Assembly: GCA_964632485.1 (NCBI GenBank)
Contig: CAZWDO010000003.1
Location: forward strand, 120,690-184,689
Reading direction: 5' to 3'
From: an uncultured bacterium
GTDB taxonomy: Bacteria > JAGOEH01
Length of the DNA: 64,000 nt
Shown here: positions 56,727 through 64,000 of the stretch, piece after piece
Position numbering within the stretch: the first letter of the stretch is position 1
How the letters are laid out: each line of letters begins with the position of its first letter
The notes under the pieces: generated by a model
Seen by the model: only the letters and a program-made list of their open reading frames with translations
What the model was told of the DNA's origin: nothing
Database searches by the model: none
Made by a program: the position numbers and the translations under genes

Positions 56727-57678
56727 TCATTTTTTTTCCGCGTATTAATATTGATGGATCGTCACTGATCAGTTTAGAAAATTCATTGAGATTTTCCAGT
56801 GTTTCCTTCAGCAGGGCGACACTACGAATAATATCATGCCGGCTGTTTAGAAATGTGGAATTGGCCAAAGTGACCGAGCGGTCGGCATTCATAAGAAACC
56901 GATCAAGATGAAACGCTAAAGAATCTACATGGGATGCTTCAAGTTGACGGCTCAATTGATGAAGATTTTCCAGTGTTTCAGACCATCGCGTATCTGCCAC
57001 AGTCGTATCTATATGCGCTAATATCCGATTAACATGTTCGGTTGTTTGAATTAAGTTGAGTGTGATTTGACTGAGATGCGACAAATTGTTTTGGAAGTTT
57101 TTTTGATTTTGCTCCAGCATGATGCTCAAATTGGCCATCGTTCGATTTAAATTTTCGGCCAGGTTCTTTAACCGGGACTGATTGTCACTATTCGTCATGT
57201 TAGCAATATTGTTGAGAATAATCTCCATTTTCTCGGCAATGATTTCCGCTTTGCCTGAAATCATATCAAACGTAGATACTCCGGGTTGAATATATCCGCC
57301 CGAAGGGAGCCGGGGAGATTGATTGGTTCCTTCCTGGATTTCGATCATTTTCAGACCGGTGATTCCAATTGTGGTTACAGTCGCCTTGCTGTCTTCTTTA
57401 ACCGGCGTATCTTTTTTTAAGGCTAATTTGATAATCACCGAGGTAATATCCTCTGGATCAATATAAATATCGTCCACTCTGCCAATACGAATTCCATGGT
57501 AGCGTACCTGAGCGCCAATATCCAAACCGGAAACGGAGGTATCCATAATACGTATAAAATAGATATCCATTCTTTCCAGTAATTTGCTTCCTGTAAGAAT
57601 AATTATCGCCGTTAAAAAAATTGTTCCGGCAAAAATAACAAAGAGGCCCAGTCGGATTTTTTGACTTTTAGCGCTCAT
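56710..57678 (-). CDS. MlaD-like single-MCE-domain protein
   Basis: An N-terminal TM is followed by the MCE domain (VSGLDIGAQVRYHGIRIGRVDDI) and a C-terminal helical region. Confidence 0.8.
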   Translation of the reverse strand: MSAKSQKIRLGLFVIFAGTIFLTAIIILTGSKLLERMDIYFIRIMDTSVSGLDIGAQVRYHGIRIGRVDDIYIDPEDITSVIIKLALKKDTPVKEDSKATVTTIGITGLKMIEIQEGTNQSPRLPSGGYIQPGVSTFDMISGKAEIIAEKMEIILNNIANMTNSDNQSRLKNLAENLNRTMANLSIMLEQNQKNFQNNLSHLSQITLNLIQTTEHVNRILAHIDTTVADTRWSETLENLHQLSRQLEASHVDSLAFHLDRFLMNADRSVTLANSTFLNSRHDIIRSVALLKETLENLNEFSKLISDDPSILIRGKKMNEINR

Positions 57679-57681
57679 TCG

Positions 57682-58041
57682 TTAGTTATTGAACCCTAAA
57701 ACTCGTATCAGATGTTGGATAATTATCAGGTATTCCTGATCGCTATGAGTAAAAATAGCGCCTGTGCATTGCAGGTCAGGGTTGATATCCTTCTGAGCCC
57801 AACGGGTTTCGATATCAAATTGCATAAAATCCTTTTGGAATTCGGGGAGTTTAGGAAGTTTGACTTTAACTTGATAGCTTTTTTTCAGGGGTAAGGCTTT
57901 TTCCGAGACGATCATCAATCCTTCGGTGGTAATATCTCCCAAGTGCCCCAGTAGTTGGTTATCGGCCAAGTTATAGATTTCAAGATAAAACAAAAGCTGT
58001 CGTCGTTTGAGAGTTCGTCGGTCAGATTGATTATTGCTCAT
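57682..58041 (-). CDS. PilZ-domain protein (putative c-di-GMP receptor)
   Basis: RRTLKRR (RxxxR) followed by LGDITTEGLMI (DxSxxG-like). Confidence 0.6.
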   Translation of the reverse strand: MSNNQSDRRTLKRRQLLFYLEIYNLADNQLLGHLGDITTEGLMIVSEKALPLKKSYQVKVKLPKLPEFQKDFMQFDIETRWAQKDINPDLQCTGAIFTHSDQEYLIIIQHLIRVLGFNN

Positions 58042-59467
58042 AATAAATTCCTTTCATTTTTTCAAAATAAGATTTAAGTTTTTGGGTTAGACCATCAAAA
58101 CTTCCGGTACCCGCAATAACGAATAATTGTTTTTTTTCCGGCAAAATAGTCGTGAGGAGACGTTGCCACAGGCTCTCGGTATCGGAAAAAGTGGCAAATT
58201 CTACTTGTTTGGTAATTAAAGCCATTGTGAGTTGATTAAAATCGAGTCGGTCAGGTGCATCCATTTTGTAAAAACGGGGATGTACCTTGAAAAAAACTGT
58301 GGAAGCATGGTTAAAGCAATGTTCATATTCGAGTTGGTGTGTTTTCCGGTAAGAGGTGTTATTGGACAGTTCCTGGCAATGAATGATCGAATGCTCGGGG
58401 TATCGCAGGCGTAAAGCGGCAAGGGTTTTCTCAATGGCCGTCGGGTGGTGCCCGAAATCTTCGAAAATTAATTGGTTTCCATGTTCATAAATTTTAGTGA
58501 GCCGTCGTCGGGTGCCCTGGAATTCAAAGAGGGCCTGGAGGATATGATGGGTATCCAGCCCGTAGTACTGAGAAGCTAGAAAAACGGCGGCGGCATTATA
58601 TAGCTGGTGTTCACCGAGAAGCGAAAGAGTAACGGGGAGGGTTTCGTTCCGAAAGTGAAAATTTCCGCGGGTCAGTCCTTTTGAATCAATACCTTCAAAA
58701 TCAATGCGTAAATCGCATTGGGTCGATTTGCCAAACGTCAGCGTGGGACAGCAAACCTGCCGTAACGCGTCAGGGATATTGGCGTCGTCGCCATTATAAA
58801 TAAGGAGGCCATTGCGGGGGATAATACGTACCAGATGGTAAAAGCTCTTTTGAATTTCCGCCAGATTATTAAAAATATCGGCATGATCGAATTCGATGTT
58901 ATTAATGATAACCGTATCGGGTAAATAATGAATAAATTTTGAACGCTTGTCGAAATAGGCTGTATCATATTCATCGCCTTCCAGGATAAAAAATGAAGAA
59001 TGAGGCGAATAAAAAGCCGGAAATTCGAAATCAAGCGGTTGGCCACCGATGAAAAAAGAAGATCCCCCGCTGAGTGGGGAATGATTAAAGACCTTGGTCA
59101 ACATGGCTGAAGTCGTAGTTTTTCCATGAGTTCCGGTAACGACTATATTTTTAGTCCCCCAGAGGAATTCTCGGCGAAGCGTTTCGGCCATGGAATTGTA
59201 TGCCCATTTTCGATCGAGAATGTATTCAAGTTCCGGGTTACCGCGTGATATTGCGTTGCCGATAATGATAATATGATCGTTTTTATCGGCGATATTTTGT
59301 TCCTGAAAGGGTTGCAATACTGGTATTTTCGCATTGGAGAGTGTTTCGGACATAGGCGGGTAGATACCGCTATCCGATCCAGTGATTTCATGCCCTTTTT
59401 GTTTTAATAGAATTGCCAAAGCCGTCATGGCCGTGCCGGCGATGCCCATAATATAGTATTTAGCCAT
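58031..59467 (-). CDS. mpl: UDP-N-acetylmuramate:L-alanyl-gamma-D-glutamyl-meso-diaminopimelate ligase
   Basis: The N-terminus YIMGIAGTAMTALAILLKQKGHEITGSDSGIYPPMS is diagnostic of Mpl. The Mur-ligase P-loop is TGTHGKTTT. Confidence 0.85.
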   Translation of the reverse strand: MAKYYIMGIAGTAMTALAILLKQKGHEITGSDSGIYPPMSETLSNAKIPVLQPFQEQNIADKNDHIIIIGNAISRGNPELEYILDRKWAYNSMAETLRREFLWGTKNIVVTGTHGKTTTSAMLTKVFNHSPLSGGSSFFIGGQPLDFEFPAFYSPHSSFFILEGDEYDTAYFDKRSKFIHYLPDTVIINNIEFDHADIFNNLAEIQKSFYHLVRIIPRNGLLIYNGDDANIPDALRQVCCPTLTFGKSTQCDLRIDFEGIDSKGLTRGNFHFRNETLPVTLSLLGEHQLYNAAAVFLASQYYGLDTHHILQALFEFQGTRRRLTKIYEHGNQLIFEDFGHHPTAIEKTLAALRLRYPEHSIIHCQELSNNTSYRKTHQLEYEHCFNHASTVFFKVHPRFYKMDAPDRLDFNQLTMALITKQVEFATFSDTESLWQRLLTTILPEKKQLFVIAGTGSFDGLTQKLKSYFEKMKGIYYEQ

Positions 59468-60988
59468 CTACTGCCTTTCAATGTATTTTGCCAGGAATTG
59501 TTCTTTTAGTTTTAGAAGAAACGGTTCATATACTTTTTTAGGGAAAAGTTTATAAAGTGAGGATTGAAGAACCTGGGAGCGTTTTAATGAGGCATGTTCT
59601 GCCGCGCTGCCGAATGTTTTTGATAGCAGGTAGGATTGCAGGTCTTGTATCTGAATCTCCACCTGAAGGTCAAAGGGGCGGTTTTCGTAAATTAAACGGA
59701 TGCGTTGCAAATTTTCAAGTTCCTGATCTTTTTTCTTTAGGTGCTTATGGAGAAATTGAATATCCTGATCGGGCGTCTGGTTTTTTTGAAAAAGGTTAAG
59801 AGTTTGATTCAAAATCGCCAAATCGCTTTTATTTTGCGTGATCTGGCGCATAATGACTTCAAGTCGTTCATGTGGCAACGTGACGTCATAAATTGCTTTC
59901 CATATTCTGAAATACTCTCCGCTATTCAGACTGAGGGACTCGGATATCGGCGCTTTCTGAATTCTTTTTTCATCTTTACGGGTGTTGGTCCCTCCCAGGA
60001 AATTGCCAATTTCTTCTTGTATTCCAAATAGTTCTTTTTCACCTGGAACCACGAAGGTTATTCCATAGATATCGGTAATTTCTTCCGGGTACAAGAGATT
60101 TTTCCGCACAATTTTTTCGATAACGGATGAGTAATCTTCTTTCAGTCGGGAAAAGTTTTTAATGCGGCTGATGTATCGAAATATTAAATTGTTTTCCCGT
60201 GTTCGCAAGGGAATCATCGATTCGCTTTGAACAGGGTAGATAGTTTTGCCTTTTTTTTCACGTTCCTTAATATCCATAGCGTACTGAGTATGGGCTTCGT
60301 TTTCGTCATAAAGGGCGCAAATATGGTCATGGGGATTCAACCAGTAGTAAACCTGGAAAACATCGCCGTTATTTTTTGGATCATCCAATTTGAGCTGGGA
60401 TTTGAAGATTCGGTCGAGATAGGTATGGTATTTCGATGATTTTTGAAAAGAGAGGCAGTTTTTTACGCGGCAGAGAAGAAAACTAAGCGCCACTTTGCGT
60501 AAAATTTCATACCGGGTTTTCAGGTCATGAAATTCCTGGTATATCGTGATTAATTCGAGGATGTCGTTAGTGTCGGCTACTTTTTCCGATTCTGCCAAAA
60601 CTGATTCGACAAAAGGAGGCATGTCCGCGCGTTTGAGTATGTTCTGAAGAATTATGCTGGATTCCATCGCCAATACAGTGAACCGAAGGAGATTATTCTG
60701 AAGTGGCTGATAAAAATTGGAAGGGTTGAATTTGACGTTCAGGTAATTGTTCAGTTTTTTTTTAAAATGGGTATGGCCGGTTTTTAACCGGGTAAGCTCC
60801 AGAAAATGATATTTGTGCTCCAGGTTATCTATGATATTCGGGTTGAAGTAGGGGTAGTTTTTCCAGAACAATTCCAATTCTTCTGGTGATTCACGGTATA
60901 ATAAATGACTATAAAGAATAACATTAATTTCATTTACCGGGAGAAGAGTTCGGTTGTTTACGAGCGGAAAACGTTCTAAAAACATCAA
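59468..60988 (-). CDS. Hypothetical cytoplasmic protein (506 aa)
   Basis: A long ORF that abuts mpl. No recognisable motif. Confidence 0.6.
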   Translation of the reverse strand: MMFLERFPLVNNRTLLPVNEINVILYSHLLYRESPEELELFWKNYPYFNPNIIDNLEHKYHFLELTRLKTGHTHFKKKLNNYLNVKFNPSNFYQPLQNNLLRFTVLAMESSIILQNILKRADMPPFVESVLAESEKVADTNDILELITIYQEFHDLKTRYEILRKVALSFLLCRVKNCLSFQKSSKYHTYLDRIFKSQLKLDDPKNNGDVFQVYYWLNPHDHICALYDENEAHTQYAMDIKEREKKGKTIYPVQSESMIPLRTRENNLIFRYISRIKNFSRLKEDYSSVIEKIVRKNLLYPEEITDIYGITFVVPGEKELFGIQEEIGNFLGGTNTRKDEKRIQKAPISESLSLNSGEYFRIWKAIYDVTLPHERLEVIMRQITQNKSDLAILNQTLNLFQKNQTPDQDIQFLHKHLKKKDQELENLQRIRLIYENRPFDLQVEIQIQDLQSYLLSKTFGSAAEHASLKRSQVLQSSLYKLFPKKVYEPFLLKLKEQFLAKYIERQ

Positions 60989-61195
60989 TATCCGATCAAA
61001 TACCTGGTTGGGGGTTGGTTCAGAACTCCAATCGGATCATTTTCCCATGAAGCCTATTGATAAAATACATTTTTTTTGTGTTTTGTCAAGGTTGATTTTA
61101 AAGTTAGTGTTTATTTTATAAAAAAGCGTAAAAATGACTTGAATTTTTAGGCAAGTTTGATTAGATTAATATCAATTGCAGAAAAGGAGTAGTGA

Positions 61196-62188
61196 ATGCG
61201 ATATTTAATTACCGGTGGAGCTGGTTTTATCGGCTCTCATCTGACATCAGCTTTATTGGAAGCGGGGGAACAGGTCATGGCTATTGATGACTTGTCCACG
61301 GGGTCTTTCGAGAATATAGAATTATTTTCCCATCACTCCAATTATCATTTTGCCGTTGAAACAATATTGAATCATGCAGTTATGGACCGTTTGGTTTCCG
61401 AATGCGATGTAGTGATTCATCTCGCAGCGGCGGTCGGAGTTGAATTGATCGTAGAAAAACCGGTAGATGTAATTGAGACCAATATTTTAGGAAGCGAGAT
61501 GGTATTGAAGATCGCCAATCGCTACCGGCGGAAAATATTTGTGGCGTCTACCAGTGAAGTATATGGAAAAAGCCAGCAATTGCCATTTTGCGAGAGCGAT
61601 GATATGGTAATGGGGCCTACGTCCAAGCATCGCTGGAGTTATGCCTGTTCCAAGGCGATTGACGAATTTCTGGCATTAGCGTATTATAAAACTTACGGAT
61701 TGCCAGTCATCATCGGTCGTTTTTTTAATACGATTGGCCCTCGGCAAACCGGACGCTATGGAATGGTTGTTCCCCGTATGATTGGCCAGGCGTTACGGGG
61801 GGAGGATTTGACCGTCTATGGCGATGGCAAGCAAACTCGATGTTTTACTGATGTTCGGGATGTTGTCAAAGCGCTGCTCATTTTGCTGGAATCGAATGAC
61901 GCCATCGGCCAGGTGGTCAATATCGGCAATGACGAGGCCATCTCTATCGAGGATTTGGCAAATAAAATTAAAGCCAAGACCCACTCGGCCTCTTCTATTC
62001 AGTACATTCCTTACAGCAAAGCGTATGAAGAAGGGTTTGAAGATATGCGGCACCGCCAGCCGGATACCACCTTTTTGGAAAAACTGACTGGATTCCGCCC
62101 TCGTACCGGACTTGACCGTATCCTAAGCGAGATTATTGACTATGAACGTGAGCGGTTGGCTAAGGATTTAAGGAGTGGTTCGCAATAA
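61196..62188 (+). CDS. NAD-dependent sugar-nucleotide epimerase/dehydratase (UDP-glucuronate decarboxylase / UDP-sugar 4-epimerase-like)
   Basis: GGAGFIGSHL Rossmann motif, YACSKAIDE (YxxxK), RBS AAAGGAG. Confidence 0.85.
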   Translation: MRYLITGGAGFIGSHLTSALLEAGEQVMAIDDLSTGSFENIELFSHHSNYHFAVETILNHAVMDRLVSECDVVIHLAAAVGVELIVEKPVDVIETNILGSEMVLKIANRYRRKIFVASTSEVYGKSQQLPFCESDDMVMGPTSKHRWSYACSKAIDEFLALAYYKTYGLPVIIGRFFNTIGPRQTGRYGMVVPRMIGQALRGEDLTVYGDGKQTRCFTDVRDVVKALLILLESNDAIGQVVNIGNDEAISIEDLANKIKAKTHSASSIQYIPYSKAYEEGFEDMRHRQPDTTFLEKLTGFRPRTGLDRILSEIIDYERERLAKDLRSGSQ

Positions 62189-63377
62189 CCTTAAAAATCC
62201 CATACGAGTACTGCGTATCATCGCGCGGTTGAATATCGGAGGGCCTGCGATTCATACAATTCTTCTTTCAACCGGCTTGCCGTGTTCACGGTATGAAACT
62301 TGTTTGATTACGGGACGGGAAGATCCGGAGGAGGGAAATATGGAATATCTTTTCCCTGCCGGGTTTCAGCCCGCGCGGTTGAATGACTTGCGAAGGGAAA
62401 TCGATTTGGTTTCAGATATACGGTTGATTTGGCAACTCATGCGCTATATTTATCGTTTTCAGCCCCATATTATCCACACCCATACAGCGAAAGCCGGTTT
62501 TGTGGGAAGGCTTAGCGGATTCCTCATCAACCTGCTCTGCGGTTGGAATATCAAACTTGTGCATACTTTTCATGGCCATGTGTTTCATGGGTATTTCTCC
62601 CCTCGGAAAACTGCGTTTTTTATTTGGATCGAACAGATACTGGCCCGAATCACGGATATTATTATTGCGATCACCCCTTTACAACTAAAAGAGATTCAAA
62701 GTCATAGAGTCGGTCGTCCCCGTCAATTCCGGCAGATTCCTCTGGGGTTGGATTTAGCCCCCTTTTTCCGTCAAGAGCGATATTCAGGTGATCTTTATCG
62801 TTTGTTAAAAATTGAGCGTTCCCGTTTTATAATAGGAACCGTTGCCCGCCTGGCGCCAATCAAGAATCTTGAATTGTTTGTCAGTCTGGCCGCCGAGTAT
62901 CGGAGCCTTAATCATAAAATTGCTTTTGTTATTATTGGTGATGGAAGTGAACGGCGTATGCTTGAAAAGATGGCTGCTGAGCGGCAATTGGAAAATATTC
63001 TTTATTTTGCCGGATTTCAGCGCAATTTGGAGCGATTCTATGCGGACATGGGAGTAATGGTATTGACCTCAAAAAATGAAGGGTCTCCGGTAGCTGTTAT
63101 CGAGGCAATGACCAGCGGTGTACCGGTAGTGGCCAGCCGGGTGGGAGGTGTGCCTGATTTGTTTGCGTTAGACCAGGCGTATGGCTTGGCAGATCCCGCG
63201 GAACCCTCAACTTTTGCCCAGGCAATTAATATGATTCTTGATGATCCTGTCAGAGCGGAGACAATTGCAGCTCATCATCGCCGCCGTGTTTTTAAGTTGT
63301 ACGATTATTCGAATCTGTTGTCCAATATGGATCACTTGTACCAGGAGTTAAGCCATTGCTCATCTATTTGCTGTTGA
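62175..63377 (+). CDS. GT4-family glycosyltransferase
   Basis: EGSPVAVIEAMTSGVPVVASRVGGVPD. Only a GTG start at 62175 is available in frame; it overlaps the previous gene. Confidence 0.8.
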   Translation: MVRNNLKNPIRVLRIIARLNIGGPAIHTILLSTGLPCSRYETCLITGREDPEEGNMEYLFPAGFQPARLNDLRREIDLVSDIRLIWQLMRYIYRFQPHIIHTHTAKAGFVGRLSGFLINLLCGWNIKLVHTFHGHVFHGYFSPRKTAFFIWIEQILARITDIIIAITPLQLKEIQSHRVGRPRQFRQIPLGLDLAPFFRQERYSGDLYRLLKIERSRFIIGTVARLAPIKNLELFVSLAAEYRSLNHKIAFVIIGDGSERRMLEKMAAERQLENILYFAGFQRNLERFYADMGVMVLTSKNEGSPVAVIEAMTSGVPVVASRVGGVPDLFALDQAYGLADPAEPSTFAQAINMILDDPVRAETIAAHHRRRVFKLYDYSNLLSNMDHLYQELSHCSSICC

Positions 63378-64000
63378 TTGGCGGGTTGTTAGTGGGGGCC
63401 GCTTTGACTTATTTTTCTACCTATGAAATCATCCGTTGGGCGATCTGCTATGATGTAGTCGATCATCCCCGTTGTGACCGATTTCATAGTGAATCGACTG
63501 CATTGATGGGTGGGGTGGGTATTTACGGTTCGATATTACTCACCCTGTTAATCTTTAATAAACTGGAATGGCCTGGAGCGTTGCTGCTGCTGTTATCGAC
63601 TGGGTTGACTGTGTGGGCGGTGTTCCATCAACTGCGCAAGGTGTTTGTTTTGTTTGTGATTGTCGGAATGGTTGGCCTGTTTGCGCTTGTTTGGTATTAT
63701 AAACCGCTCATTGGAACCAATATGATATGGATATTCATTGGCGCGTTACCGCTTTTTTTAAGCGGTCTTTGGGATGATGGAATCAAAGAACTTTCACCCC
63801 TTTTCAAATTGGGGATACAAATTTTTGCTGCAATCATCCTTACTTTTTCCGGCTCGACCATCTCTTTTCTCGGACCGCCCTGGAATTATCTGTTTACGGT
63901 AATTTGGCTGGTTTGCCTTGTCAATGCGTTTAATCTGATTGACAATATGAATGGCCTATCCACGGGAGTTGCTGCCACATCTGCGCTTTTCTTCGGGTTG
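63356..64000 (+). CDS. WecA/MraY-family polyprenyl-phosphate N-acetylhexosamine-1-phosphate transferase, 3' end beyond window
   Basis: Translating frame 2 by hand gives an N-terminal TM, then VVDHPRCDRFHSESTALMGGVGIY and the diagnostic NAFNLIDNMNGL motif. The likely TTG start at 63356 follows AGGAG by 8 nt. The frame stays open to 64000. Confidence 0.75.
   Translation, partial: MLIYLLLIGGLLVGAALTYFSTYEIIRWAICYDVVDHPRCDRFHSESTALMGGVGIYGSILLTLLIFNKLEWPGALLLLLSTGLTVWAVFHQLRKVFVLFVIVGMVGLFALVWYYKPLIGTNMIWIFIGALPLFLSGLWDDGIKELSPLFKLGIQIFAAIILTFSGSTISFLGPPWNYLFTVIWLVCLVNAFNLIDNMNGLSTGVAATSALFFGL

Noticed and set aside
1-64000. Search for tRNA, rRNA, CRISPR repeats, IS elements or integrases
   Set aside because: By eye I found no GTTCGA-type T-arm with matching acceptor stems in intergenic regions. 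I found no regularly spaced direct repeats and no transposase or integrase-like translation in any frame.

Overview
This 64 kb window is a gene-dense bacterial chromosomal segment of about 45-50% GC. I found no rRNA, tRNA, CRISPR array, transposase or integrase. Several features point to an FCB-group or candidate-phylum bacterium: a type-A T9SS (Por secretion system) C-terminal sorting domain on a secreted amidase, a periplasmic beta-propeller plus Y_Y_Y hybrid two-component sensor typical of Bacteroides-like lineages, and a GldA/GldF/GldG-like ABC cluster. About 53 protein-coding genes are supported. Positions 29-61 kb form one uninterrupted minus-strand array of housekeeping and envelope genes. 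This array includes holB-ricT-tatD, ftsE-ftsX-envC, rfbB, mpl, and an Mla/Pqi-like lipid-transport cluster. Positions 12-26 kb have mixed orientation, with AT-rich intergenic regions and near-consensus sigma70 promoters. This mixed region contains the most accessory-looking content: a stand-alone Upf1-like SF1B helicase with an unknown 400-aa N-terminal domain, and a three-gene module of an SPFH YdjI-like protein, a double zinc-ribbon membrane protein and a beta-helix-like protein, with no PspA in the window. It also contains an M48 peptidase fused to a TerB-like domain, preceded by a perfect 21-bp palindrome. Elsewhere, notable items are a 1584-aa periplasmic-propeller hybrid histidine kinase whose output is GAF-GGDEF (diguanylate cyclase) rather than a DNA-binding domain, and an FtsE with degenerate ATPase motifs. 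An orphan zinc-ribbon-MotA/ExbB protein next to a DUF4416-like gene and an Mla-type transporter bundled with an outer-membrane beta-barrel, a PqiC-like lipoprotein, a STAS-MlaE fusion and a PilZ protein are also unusual. All calls come from reading the six-frame translations and the DNA directly; no database searches were possible.
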